Source of the DNA: a virus
Direction: 5' to 3' (one strand)
Virus record (IMG/VR): IMGVR_UViG_3300010224_000024
DNA length: 41,303 nt
A program made the position numbers and the translations under genes. Below the pieces are notes generated by a model that worked only from the letters and a program-made list of their open reading frames with translations, ran no database searches and was not told the origin of the DNA. Shown here piece after piece: positions 1 through 8,739 of this stretch (position 1 is the first letter of the stretch; each line of letters begins with the position of its first letter).

Positions 1-55
1 TGGCGGAGAGAGAGGCCGCTGCAAGCCTTCCGGCCCGTTCCGAATGAGTCCGGAA
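1..55. repeat. attL: left copy of the 55-bp attachment-site direct repeat
   Basis: Bases 1-55 are identical to 41249-41303. The integrase ORF begins about 75 bp inside. Confidence 0.9.
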
Positions 56-129
56 CCCGCGCCACTGCGCGATTTTGTACTCCACACCCTTCCGGCCCTT
101 TCCGGTACGATCCGGGTACGAAACATGGG

Positions 130-1281
130 TTGGAGCATGGGTTGGCTAGACCTATATCCCGATTGAGCGCCCGACAGGTCGCAACCGCGAAGGAAGGCTA
201 TCACGCGGACGGCGGCGGGCTGTACCTACAGGTTAGCTCGAGCGGCACCCGGTCATGGGTGTTGCGCTACCAGTTGCGCGGGCGGCGGCGGGAGATGGGG
301 TTGGGGCCGGCCAGCCTCGTTAGCCTGCTCGAGGCGCGGCAGGCGGCGATCAAGCACCGCAAGGACATACTGGCAGGGGTTGACCCACTCGAGGCCCGCA
401 GAGAGGCGCAGGCGAGGCCGGGAGGCATGACCTGGGGCGAGTGCAAGGCCGCGTTCATCGCCGCCCACCGGGCAGGCTGGAAGAACGAGGCGCAGGCGGG
501 CCAGTGGGAACAGTCGCTCGAGGCTTACGGGCCGAAGGATGGGGTGCTGGTCGCCGGGATAGACACGGCGGCGGTGATGGACTGCCTGCTTCCGATCTGG
601 ACCGAAAAGACGGAAACGGCGACTCGAGTCCGGGGCCGGATCGAGCGGATTCTGGACTGGGCTCGAGTGTCAGGCTACCGGGAGGGCGAGAATCCGGCCC
701 GCTGGCGGGGCCACCTGGACAAGCTGCTGCCCAAGCCGTCCAAGGTTAAGAAGGTTCGCCACCACGCGGCCATGCCCTACGCAGACGTGCCGGCGCACAT
801 GGCGGCGCTCGAGCTTCGTAAGGGGTTCTCTGCTCGAGCCTTGCGCTTCACGATCCTGACCGCCGCCAGGACCGATGAGACAACCGGCGCGACGTGGGAC
901 GAATTCGACCTCGAGGCGGGGCTGTGGACCGTGCCAGCCTCGAGAATGAAGGCGGGCCGGGAGCATACAGTTCCTCTGGCGCCTGCCGCGCTCGAGCTAT
1001 TGCGCGACCTTCCTCGAGACAAGCCGCCATTCAAGCTGTCCGAGAACGCTATGCTCTACATGGTGCAGCGCCACATGAAGCTGCCGTTTACCGTCCACGG
1101 GTTCCGCTCGAGCTTCAGCGATTGGGCGCATGAGACAACCAGCTTCCCAAACGAAGTGATCGAGATGGCGCTGGCACACACGATCAAGAACAAGGCCGAA
1201 GCGGCGTACCGGCGCGGGGCGTTGCTCGAGAAGCGCCGGCAACTCATGCAGGCTTGGGCCGATTACTTGCTCGAGAGCTAA
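130..1281 (+). CDS. int: Tyrosine recombinase / phage integrase (P4-type, DUF4102-like N-terminal arm-binding domain)
   Basis: The N-terminus LSARQVATAKEGYHADGGGLYLQVSSSGTRSWVLRY is typical of P4-family integrases. The C-terminus carries HGFRSSFSDWAHE ... LAH ... AAYRRG (R, H-x-x-R and Y catalytic pattern). The track start is TTG. A TTG at 142 (MARPISRL...) is an alternative start. Confidence 0.93.
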   Translation: MEHGLARPISRLSARQVATAKEGYHADGGGLYLQVSSSGTRSWVLRYQLRGRRREMGLGPASLVSLLEARQAAIKHRKDILAGVDPLEARREAQARPGGMTWGECKAAFIAAHRAGWKNEAQAGQWEQSLEAYGPKDGVLVAGIDTAAVMDCLLPIWTEKTETATRVRGRIERILDWARVSGYREGENPARWRGHLDKLLPKPSKVKKVRHHAAMPYADVPAHMAALELRKGFSARALRFTILTAARTDETTGATWDEFDLEAGLWTVPASRMKAGREHTVPLAPAALELLRDLPRDKPPFKLSENAMLYMVQRHMKLPFTVHGFRSSFSDWAHETTSFPNEVIEMALAHTIKNKAEAAYRRGALLEKRRQLMQAWADYLLES

Positions 1282-1520
1282 CCCACCGTCCGCCAATGGC
1301 TCCGCGCCCACCGCTCGACGTGCCGCTTGGCCTGTTCGGGTGAGCCTGCATAGCCCCACAGGTCGTCCCTGCCGTTGCGGCAAATCTTGACGCTGTAGAG
1401 GCCTCTCAGGTGGCCGACGCACTCACCCACAACGGCGAAGTTGGGACCGCCGAAGTCGCGAAGGTGCGCGTACAGGGGCGGACCGCCGCGTAGGTCTTTC
1501 CAGTGGATCGGCGGGCACAT
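1278..1520 (-). CDS. Hypothetical protein (80 aa) in the integrase-proximal cargo slot
   Basis: ATG-initiated ORF convergent with int; the stop codons overlap. No recognisable motif. Coding status is uncertain because GC-rich alternative frames overlap it. Confidence 0.4.
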   Translation of the reverse strand: MCPPIHWKDLRGGPPLYAHLRDFGGPNFAVVGECVGHLRGLYSVKICRNGRDDLWGYAGSPEQAKRHVERWARSHWRTVG

Positions 1521-1670
1521 GCGCCAAGGATAGCGCCCCGGTCATCGGCCAGCGTCCAGACGCTGCCGGCTGGTGCCATGGGCGGCGGCGGGACGGGGCC
1601 TGACTTCCGGGGCAACCCATCCTGCCAAAGCGCCCTCCGTGGCGCTGTAGTCCATGGCCGGCATCGAGCG

Positions 1671-2096
1671 TCATCCTGTCGCACCGGGGACGTGCGTGAC
1701 CCACCCGAATTGCTCGGGCTGCGGCAGCGAGGCAATTACTTCGGATGCGTCAGGGAAGGTTGCCGGGGGATTGGCGAGGGCGTCCTGTTGCCACTGGAAA
1801 GCCGCCACCCATACGGCATCACGCCACGCAAGGGCTACGCTTGCGTCGGCATCCCATTGGGCGACTGAGCTGCCACGGTAGGAGATACACGAGGCCAGCG
1901 AGTCGTAGCCGTTGGCCTGGGCGGTGGCATCGAGCCAGGCCTGCACGGCGCCGGAGAGTGCGGCGGCGGCATCCGCCAGCGTCGGCGCGGGTGGATCCTG
2001 CGCGTAGGTTTCGCCCGGCAGTAGGTCGGTCGCGGAGGCGATGGCGCGGTAGCTGGTGGAACCGTCAGGGTTCCCGCTGATGGCATAGCCCGTCAT
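1671..2096 (-). CDS. Tail-fibre assembly/chaperone-like protein (DUF4376-like)
   Basis: Lies immediately downstream of the distal tail-fibre gene (3-bp gap). Its size and the WLDATAQANGYDSLASCISY / WRDAVW pattern resemble phage fibre-accessory proteins. Confidence 0.6.
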   Translation of the reverse strand: MTGYAISGNPDGSTSYRAIASATDLLPGETYAQDPPAPTLADAAAALSGAVQAWLDATAQANGYDSLASCISYRGSSVAQWDADASVALAWRDAVWVAAFQWQQDALANPPATFPDASEVIASLPQPEQFGWVTHVPGATG

Positions 2097-2099
2097 GAA

Positions 2100-3038
2100 T
2101 TAGCGCTCATAAAGGTAGCCAAAAACGTCCACATAACCGCCACCTGCTGGGGAGGAGATGAATCGGTATTGCATCTGCTGCGAGCTATTCACGTTCGCCG
2201 GAATGTAGGCAGAGGAATCGGGCGAGATACCAACGCAGCCCTGGCTCACATCGCCTGAGGCGTCGGAGGTAGTGAAGCGCAGCGGAAAGGACGCATCCGT
2301 GTTCGTCAGGCGAACGATTGCGACGCGCGAGGTGGTCGGAACGGAGTCAGCGAGGCTGAAGGTGGTAAAGGAGGTCGCTTTGCCGGCCGACAATGCGCGA
2401 AACGGGCTGGTGTCGAACTGGATGCGATAGACGACCTGCGGGCCAGTCTGCAAGAAGTTGAAGATGCTGCCGCTGCTGTCGGTTTTGACGCTCCCGAGAT
2501 AGCGCCTGCTGGTGTCGCCCGTCTTGCTGCGCGCCGTGCCGTTGTAGGCCGTCGCTGGCGCGGTAGTGACGACCTCCACCGCTGGCGTGCCGGCGTTGTC
2601 GTAGAGATAGACGTGATACCAAGTCGACGCCGAGAGCGAGAGACCCGTCTTGGCGATAGACGAGGCGGCGCGCAGCACCTTGCTGCTGCCCTCGATGTAG
2701 GCTGCGCCGCTCGTGACCGTCAGGGCCGTACCGCTCACCCATTGCATTTGCAGGCCGTCGATGTAGCCCTTGGGGAGCGACGCAAGCACGTCCGTTGCAA
2801 AGTCCTGCCATGATTTGTCACCGCGCCAGTACTGCGACGTGGCCCCCGCTTCGATTTCAGGCTCCGCGCCAACGTCAGACGCGGCGAGGACAACATCGCC
2901 TGTATCGCCATTGACCGAAGTTACGGCGGCTGGGTCGGCAACCTGCAACACCCAGCCCGTGCCGTTGAACTCCCAATTCTTGCCCGAGGCGGCATGGGTA
3001 TCGCCCACAGATGGCGATGCGGGGAAGTTGATAGCCAT
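2100..3038 (-). CDS. Tail fibre protein (distal, receptor-binding candidate)
   Basis: The N-terminus MAINFPASPSVGDTHAASGKNWEFNGTGWVLQV is a common phage tail-fibre opening motif. It follows another fibre gene. Confidence 0.75.
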   Translation of the reverse strand: MAINFPASPSVGDTHAASGKNWEFNGTGWVLQVADPAAVTSVNGDTGDVVLAASDVGAEPEIEAGATSQYWRGDKSWQDFATDVLASLPKGYIDGLQMQWVSGTALTVTSGAAYIEGSSKVLRAASSIAKTGLSLSASTWYHVYLYDNAGTPAVEVVTTAPATAYNGTARSKTGDTSRRYLGSVKTDSSGSIFNFLQTGPQVVYRIQFDTSPFRALSAGKATSFTTFSLADSVPTTSRVAIVRLTNTDASFPLRFTTSDASGDVSQGCVGISPDSSAYIPANVNSSQQMQYRFISSPAGGGYVDVFGYLYER

Positions 3039-4285
3039 CAGGTGACAATCAGTCGGTAGTAGAGGGCTGGGATGACGTGACAGGCGCCGGGCGTGCCGGT
3101 CTTGGAAATCACCACGATGATGTTGACGGCAGAAGCGTCAAGCGCGGCATCAATTTGCTGGTCATGCTGCACGATGGTCGATGCGGCGTCCGCGTTTGTG
3201 CTGAACGACGCGATCAGCGACGCCGTGGTTGCCGCATTCTGGTAGTCGAGGTTAACCGTGTAGTAGTTGGACCCGTCATTGGTCGTCTGAACGCGGGACG
3301 TGACCGCCCATCGCGTCAAATAGAGTTCAAAATCCGACCGTACGGCTGCGCGCCACGACGTAAAGGCGCTGGACACGTTGAAGAAGGAATTTGCACCCTC
3401 GCTCAAGCCAGAGGGCAACGCATACTCCTGGGCCGTCAGCCAACGCGTACCGTCGTAGAAGCAGAGAAGATTTAGGTCTGTGCGGTAGAACTTGTCATTC
3501 AAAGCGGGCGAAGCCGGGAAGCTCGTTCCTTCCGCGTATCCCGAAGTTGGCCCGGAGTAATTGATAACTGGGTTCGCCGGGTCGGTGTTATCGACGGTGA
3601 TGTTGTCTCCCGACGACACCGTCTGCACGGCAGGGCCATCGGCCACGCTCACCGCGTTAGGGCCGAATTCCACCCATTGCGAGGAATCAGCATCCACGTA
3701 CCAGACGTACTCTGTGCCCGTGGTCGTGTCGATCCAGCGCATGCCGGCGACGGGCGAGGACGGTGCCGTGTCGGAAAGGACGCGAATGTCCTTTTCCTCA
3801 ACGCTAGATGCCCGTCCCTTGGCATCAAACGTGACCGTGACGGCCTTTGTCGCGTCGCCATACGTGCCGGCCGTAACGCCCGTGTCGGACAGGTCAGGCG
3901 TGGTTATCCCGTCAGAGTCCGTGGTCAGGGTGACGTTATCGGACTCGGCAAAGGCGTCGGAAATGGCGTACCAGCCCTTCTCACCATCGGCGTTGCTGCC
4001 GTAGTACTGGGTTGCCTCGGGAGCCTCCACGTCCCCCGTGAGGAACACGCTGACAATGCCTGTCTTGAGCGTGCCTCGGGTATAGATCGAGTACTTGCCC
4101 GTGACGTTGGCGTTTTCGCTGATGGGCGTTTCTGGCGGCGTGGTCGTGACGTTGCCGATCTGGTCGGATAGGGCCTGTAGCGAGGTGGCGACGGACTGGA
4201 AAAAGACGTAGTACGGGCGGGTTGCCGTGCCACCAGTTTCGATAACAGGCTGGCGGACGCCCGGCAGGCTGACGTTAAGCGACAT
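3038..4285 (-). CDS. Tail fibre protein
   Basis: 415 aa, Ser/Thr/Gly/Asp-rich and beta-like in composition. Sits within the fibre cassette and is coupled to its neighbours by overlaps. Confidence 0.7.
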   Translation of the reverse strand: MSLNVSLPGVRQPVIETGGTATRPYYVFFQSVATSLQALSDQIGNVTTTPPETPISENANVTGKYSIYTRGTLKTGIVSVFLTGDVEAPEATQYYGSNADGEKGWYAISDAFAESDNVTLTTDSDGITTPDLSDTGVTAGTYGDATKAVTVTFDAKGRASSVEEKDIRVLSDTAPSSPVAGMRWIDTTTGTEYVWYVDADSSQWVEFGPNAVSVADGPAVQTVSSGDNITVDNTDPANPVINYSGPTSGYAEGTSFPASPALNDKFYRTDLNLLCFYDGTRWLTAQEYALPSGLSEGANSFFNVSSAFTSWRAAVRSDFELYLTRWAVTSRVQTTNDGSNYYTVNLDYQNAATTASLIASFSTNADAASTIVQHDQQIDAALDASAVNIIVVISKTGTPGACHVIPALYYRLIVT

Positions 4286-5069
4286 TGACCAGCCCGATGG
4301 CGAACCAGCTAAAGGGAATGTCGCTGGCGATGGTGTTGTTGGCGTTGGCGCCCTCGGCTACGTCAAATACCGCCGTAAAGCCTCCCGTAGTCGGCGCAGA
4401 GGTCAGATAGGGCACAACAGGACCGCCCGGCTGAACGGTGAGCGGCGTGACACCCACATGCAGGACCGTGGCAAAGGTCTTGGCGAAGGTGATGGCCTTG
4501 CTGGTCGTGAACGTGCCGCTGGCTGGCGCAGTCGAGGTGCCAGCCTGGATATAGAACGCCTTGGAGTTGGTATTGCCGGCCTGAAGGCTGGCCGTGCCAA
4601 CAGTGAGCGGGACTTCCGGGTCCTCGGGCGGGTCCTGCCACACGAGGCTGGTGCCATCCGAACCGAGAATCTTCCCGCCCTGCCCCGTGGGATCGGGCGG
4701 CGAGACAAGCTCAAGCCACTGAAGCACCGCGCCGTCGTTGGACAGCACCTTCCCAGCCTCTAGCGCCGGAATGGCCGCTCCGTCACCGCCTGGAATCTCC
4801 ACGTTGTCATCATCGGAGATGAGCGTGTCGTCGGCGGCATAGACGCGCACCCGATATGAGCCGTCGCCCCACACGTCCACGGTCGTCCGGCCATCGGAGC
4901 CTAGATCGACGCTGGAACCGTTATTGCTCGCCAAGTCGGCGTCGCCGTACACGTCCTTTGCCGTGGTCGTCCCGGCCTCGTAGAACTCGATCCGGCCACC
5001 TGCGGCAGGTGTTACCCCATCCAACAGGAAATAGACAGGGGATTGGATGGGGATGCGGAAAGCGGGCAT
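4275..5069 (-). CDS. Tail fibre / tail-attachment protein
   Basis: First gene of the fibre cassette. The N-terminus MPAFRIPIQSPVYFLLDG...GGRIEFYEAGTTT resembles virion-attachment N-domains of podoviral fibres. The call rests mainly on position. Confidence 0.6.
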   Translation of the reverse strand: MPAFRIPIQSPVYFLLDGVTPAAGGRIEFYEAGTTTAKDVYGDADLASNNGSSVDLGSDGRTTVDVWGDGSYRVRVYAADDTLISDDDNVEIPGGDGAAIPALEAGKVLSNDGAVLQWLELVSPPDPTGQGGKILGSDGTSLVWQDPPEDPEVPLTVGTASLQAGNTNSKAFYIQAGTSTAPASGTFTTSKAITFAKTFATVLHVGVTPLTVQPGGPVVPYLTSAPTTGGFTAVFDVAEGANANNTIASDIPFSWFAIGLVNVA

Positions 5070-5080
5070 GGAAGCTCCAA

Positions 5081-5110
5081 TAAAAAAGCCGCCCGAAGGC
5101 GGCTTTGTTT
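5081..5110. terminator. Bidirectional rho-independent terminator between the ejection-protein genes and the fibre cassette
   Basis: Stem AAGCCGCC / GGCGGCTT (5086-5093 / 5098-5105) with a CGAA loop. It is flanked by an A-run on one side and a T-rich tract on the other. On the minus strand the stem is followed by TTTTTATT. Confidence 0.8.
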
Positions 5111-5129
5111 GGTGATGCTAGTGTGCTGG

Positions 5130-5306
5130 TCAGTGAGGGATGATGCCTAGCGCGACGCCTAGCCAGCGAAGAAACTTCGCAATTAGGAATGTGAGCCCAA
5201 TCATGATGCCAAGCCTGAGCCAGGAAAGTGCAGCATCAACGGCCCGCTTTGACCATGTGATCAAAACGCCGCCGTTTTCCTCGCTGTTTAGCTTCTGAAG
5301 TTTCAT
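5130..5306 (-). CDS. Small membrane protein (58 aa, read by hand)
   Basis: ATGA overlap with the stop of the 661-aa gene. Translation is MKLQKLNSEENGGVLITWSKRAVDAALSWLRLGIMIGLTFLIAKFLRWLGVALGIIPH, with a hydrophobic C-terminal half. Local GC is lower than the surroundings, and the terminator follows. Confidence 0.5.
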   Translation of the reverse strand: MKLQKLNSEENGGVLITWSKRAVDAALSWLRLGIMIGLTFLIAKFLRWLGVALGIIPH

Positions 5307-7288
5307 TGACCTGACTGTGAGGATGATCCCGCCGTGCTGGTGAGCCGCCCAACGGGTGCGCCTATGCCCGCGAGAGCGTCGCTAACGACCTTCTGACCAG
5401 TAGGCGGCAGGGCCGCCAATACGCGCCGCGCCTCCGCAGGATTGGCTACAAGGTACGCCAGTCGCTCTTTGACCCGCTCATTCCTAGACTTGTCCAGCAT
5501 ATCAAGGAAATCGCCCGCGTGTCGGCCAATAACGGGGATGTGCCGCATGGCTTCGCGACCAACCCCTCGCTTCAGACGATCTTGCAATGCTTGGCGCTCA
5601 AACGTCTGTGAATTACCGCCGCTTCCGGCCGTGGCACGGAAGGCTTGACGCTCCAAATCGTCCTGGATGGCCTTGATGGAGGCAATGTCGCTGGGCGAGA
5701 GAATGTCCGTGGCCTTGGCCTTGGCAAATCCAGTGGCCTTAGCCGCTACCGCATCAAGATCGCGTGCCTTCTTACTGAACTGCGCTGGTGTCAGAACCTG
5801 TTCGCCGGTTACTGCGTCTCGCACGGCGCCGCCCGACGATCGGTCCATCAGGTCGCGGCCCACGTCCATGCGGTTAATCGGCTTCGAAAAGTCCTGATAG
5901 GCGATGAGGTAACGCGAGAACGTCGGGGCACGCCGGGTCAGCTCCTTGTCGAGAGCGTCGCGGACACTCATTAGCTCGCGGGTGGCCGACTGTGCCGCAG
6001 CGGTATCCCCGCCAGCCTTGCCGGATAGCAGGTCGCCGATGTACTTGCGGACGTTGTAAAGGCCCGCAACGGAGTCGCCCGCATCTTCCACTGCCTTGCT
6101 CACGGTCGCCATCGTGCCAAGGACAGACGGACGGCCCTTGTTGGAGTTGGCAATGGACTGGATGTGTTCCTCTAGCGGCCCCTTGGTCGAGCTGATCTGA
6201 TTGTGCGCCACCGCACGACGCATGACATTCTGCTGCGAACGCGAAGAATCGAAGCGCTCACCCTCGCGGAACGCCTTGTCGCGTATCTGACCAGTTACCT
6301 TGTCGCGGATGTTCTCTGCGTTGGCATAGTCCGCATCACTGCCGGCGATCTTCTCAAGCGCACCCACCCGGGCGGCGTTGTTGGAGCGGTCCAGGGCGTC
6401 GAACTGCTTGCTGGTGCTGCGCACATTACGCTCAAGGCGCGCGATGCCCGGGTCCAATGTTTCCTCGGCAAGAGTGCGTTGTACGCCGGGCACACGCGAA
6501 GGCGCCGCCTTGGTGAGGTTGGCAGGGTTGTCGGCCTCACGCGCAAGGATGCCCGCCGCTGCACGCTCAAGCGGATCAACCTTTGGCGCACCGCTGCCGC
6601 GCAGGATGTTCCGCAGGCCGCTCCCGCCGATAGCCAGAGACTCGGCTGCCGGGCCAGCGAGAGCGCCGATGCCCGTCTGAATGGCCTTTTCCGAGCCAAA
6701 GTTGTTGTTGGTGACGGGCTGCAAGGCGCTCATCGTGCCACCGCCCAGGGAGGACAAAACCAGTCGGCCAAGCCTCGTTGTCGCTTTCGGAATTAGGCCG
6801 GCAGCGCGTGCCTCAGCCGCCCCGGTCAGCCAAGGCAACACCTCACCCACAGTGGCGCCAATATAGCTTCCCGCACTATCGGGCACGTCCTGCTGATACT
6901 GGCGCTCGCGGTTGGCCGCGTACTCATCGACCCCGCCTGCGACCGAGCGCAGCGCGTTAGCCTCCTTGCGGGCCAAGTTGCGCACACGGGAAGCGATGCC
7001 AGTTTCTGGCTCCATGTCGCCCGAGGGTGCGCCAGCCGTGGCGCGGTCCACGATGCCATGCGTGACAAGCTGGGCCAAGCCAATGGGAACGCTTCCGAGA
7101 TGGTGAAGCGTCGCGTCGCCAAGGTCGTTGCCAAAGTCGTTAATGTCGCCCAGCACGCCGGGCAAGCGGTCGGGCGCCTTGACCGTAAAGTCCGGCTCAG
7201 CCGTCGCCGCCTCGGGCGGCTTCTGCCCATATTTCGCCCAAGGGCCGTCACCAGACGGCTGTTTGTACTTCTCCCACGGGCCGGGCAT
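5303..7288 (-). CDS. Internal virion / DNA-ejection protein (large)
   Basis: 661 aa and Ala/Gly-rich. It occupies the position of the P22 gp16/gp20-type ejection proteins downstream of gp10. No enzymatic motif recognised. Confidence 0.6.
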   Translation of the reverse strand: MPGPWEKYKQPSGDGPWAKYGQKPPEAATAEPDFTVKAPDRLPGVLGDINDFGNDLGDATLHHLGSVPIGLAQLVTHGIVDRATAGAPSGDMEPETGIASRVRNLARKEANALRSVAGGVDEYAANRERQYQQDVPDSAGSYIGATVGEVLPWLTGAAEARAAGLIPKATTRLGRLVLSSLGGGTMSALQPVTNNNFGSEKAIQTGIGALAGPAAESLAIGGSGLRNILRGSGAPKVDPLERAAAGILAREADNPANLTKAAPSRVPGVQRTLAEETLDPGIARLERNVRSTSKQFDALDRSNNAARVGALEKIAGSDADYANAENIRDKVTGQIRDKAFREGERFDSSRSQQNVMRRAVAHNQISSTKGPLEEHIQSIANSNKGRPSVLGTMATVSKAVEDAGDSVAGLYNVRKYIGDLLSGKAGGDTAAAQSATRELMSVRDALDKELTRRAPTFSRYLIAYQDFSKPINRMDVGRDLMDRSSGGAVRDAVTGEQVLTPAQFSKKARDLDAVAAKATGFAKAKATDILSPSDIASIKAIQDDLERQAFRATAGSGGNSQTFERQALQDRLKRGVGREAMRHIPVIGRHAGDFLDMLDKSRNERVKERLAYLVANPAEARRVLAALPPTGQKVVSDALAGIGAPVGRLTSTAGSSSQSGQ

Positions 7289-8739
7289 TAGACCTTCTCC
7301 CAGCTCGCCGGATCGGACGGATCACCGCCCTTGTAGCGATAGCCGTCCTCAACGTGACCAGGTTGCGGAGCATCGCCGCCCCGCGAGGGCTGCGAACCAA
7401 ACGCCTGCATCGCGCCCATGATCGTCTGGCGCTGCGTGTCCACGGCCCTCTGCTGGCCCTCAATGTCGCGGAACAACACGTCAGCCACCGCGTTGAACTG
7501 CTTGTTGGACAGCTCCTTGCGGATGAGCTTCTTGGCCTCCTCTGCCGTGGTGATCGGAGTGCCGCCAGCCCCGGTCTGGCCGGACATGATGCGGGCATAG
7601 TCGGTCGCCGCCGTGGTGATGGCAGCGTCCAAGGCGGCCACGTCGGGATCACCCAACGCGGCCTTGCCGCCTAGCAGCCACTTATTAACCAGCGGGGCGC
7701 CGGAACGATCCACCTTGGCCGAAAGCTCAAGCGCGAGGTCCATGTTGTTCTGGAACCCATGCTCTGCCTTCTGCATCATGTCCGACTGCTTCTGGAGGTT
7801 CGTAAGCGAAGATTGCAGCGCCTTGTTGCGGCCAGAGGTAGTGGCAAGCGCCTGCGGACTTACGCCGGCATCCTTGGCGATCTTGGCCTTGATATTGGCG
7901 ATCTGCGCGCGCTGCGCCGTGGCTTCCTTGCCGTACCCCTTGATGCCGCTGTTTCCGGTCAGGATGTCGGACCACGCGGCATTGTAGATGGCGTCGTCGG
8001 ACAGCCCTTGGTCAAGGTTCTGCGAGTGGTCGGCGGGGCCGCCAGGAATCGGCTCAAGGCTGCTCCCGTCCTGCGTGAAGCGATAGCCCATTGGGGCGCG
8101 GCCCTGCCCACCACCACTGGACGCCACGGCGCGCGGATGCGCCTGCTGATAGGTGCGGAGCAACGACGGGTCCTGCTGCATAGCCCGCAACACGGCAAGC
8201 TCGCCCGTGTCGCGCCGCTCAAGCTCGTTGTTCGCCACAACCTGCCCGCTAGCCGGGTCCACAAGCTGCGCGCCATTGGAGAGGATGACAGGCTTGTCCT
8301 GCGGGAACGCATCGGCGGTCTTTGCGATGGCCTGGAACATCGCCGGGCGCATGGAATCGTCCCACTGTGCCGGAACCTGCTTGCCCGTCAGCTCTTGGAG
8401 GTACGGAGCAACCTGCTGCCATGCGCCCTGAATGCGCGCGGGGTCGTTGGTTTGCAGGGCAGACGCCATGAACCGGGCGGCACCACCCAGTTTCTTGTTA
8501 TGGTCAATCTCTGCCGCTTGCTGCGCCTGCGCCTGCTGCTGGCCCTGGGCCGCGAAACGGTCCTGAAGGCCCATAGAGAGGCGCGGATCGACACCGGCAA
8601 GCTGACTCAGCGCCGACGCCCTGTCTGCACCCTGGCCGTTGATGGCGAGGCCGGCAAGCTTTGATGCGTACTGCGAGCGCCCACGGTCGTAACCCTGCTG
8701 GTACTGCCCCACGATGTTGGGAAGCATGAGTTCAGCCAT
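7288..8739 (-). CDS. Internal virion / DNA-ejection protein
   Basis: 483 aa, Gln/Ala-rich, coupled by overlap to its neighbours in the ejection module. The call is by synteny. Confidence 0.55.
   Translation of the reverse strand: MAELMLPNIVGQYQQGYDRGRSQYASKLAGLAINGQGADRASALSQLAGVDPRLSMGLQDRFAAQGQQQAQAQQAAEIDHNKKLGGAARFMASALQTNDPARIQGAWQQVAPYLQELTGKQVPAQWDDSMRPAMFQAIAKTADAFPQDKPVILSNGAQLVDPASGQVVANNELERRDTGELAVLRAMQQDPSLLRTYQQAHPRAVASSGGGQGRAPMGYRFTQDGSSLEPIPGGPADHSQNLDQGLSDDAIYNAAWSDILTGNSGIKGYGKEATAQRAQIANIKAKIAKDAGVSPQALATTSGRNKALQSSLTNLQKQSDMMQKAEHGFQNNMDLALELSAKVDRSGAPLVNKWLLGGKAALGDPDVAALDAAITTAATDYARIMSGQTGAGGTPITTAEEAKKLIRKELSNKQFNAVADVLFRDIEGQQRAVDTQRQTIMGAMQAFGSQPSRGGDAPQPGHVEDGYRYKGGDPSDPASWEKV

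Noticed and set aside
20-45. Resemblance of GGGCCGGAAGGCTTGCAGCGGCC (minus strand) to the SRP/4.5S RNA GGAA-tetraloop motif
   Set aside because: Only a short, partial match (CCGGAAGG...GCAGC). The surrounding sequence does not fit the long 4.5S hairpin, and the position relative to the apparent 3' end is wrong. It is probably coincidental.
1-95. Calling the att repeat a tRNA-Ser or tRNA-Sec gene fragment
   Set aside because: The minus-strand end ...CTCTCTCCGCCA resembles a tRNA-Ser/Sec acceptor end plus CCA. However, there is no GTTCRANYC T-loop, the candidate T-arm loop is 12 nt and the candidate anticodon hairpin has a 6- or 8-nt loop. The 5' half is outside the window. I therefore record it only as a repeat and raise the question in the findings.
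1-1281. The integrase reading frame is open from base 1, so the ORF could extend through attL
   Set aside because: The stop-free stretch 1-129 has no start codon context and includes the att core. P4-type integrases begin near the ...LSARQV motif. The open frame is most simply a GC-content effect.
1520-1655. The in-frame TGA between the 37-codon and 80-codon ORFs as selenocysteine or programmed read-through
   Set aside because: I could not recognise a SECIS-like hairpin immediately downstream of the TGA. The upstream part is Arg/Pro/Ala-rich and low in complexity. There is no supporting evidence, so it is treated as a possible pseudogene or artefact only.
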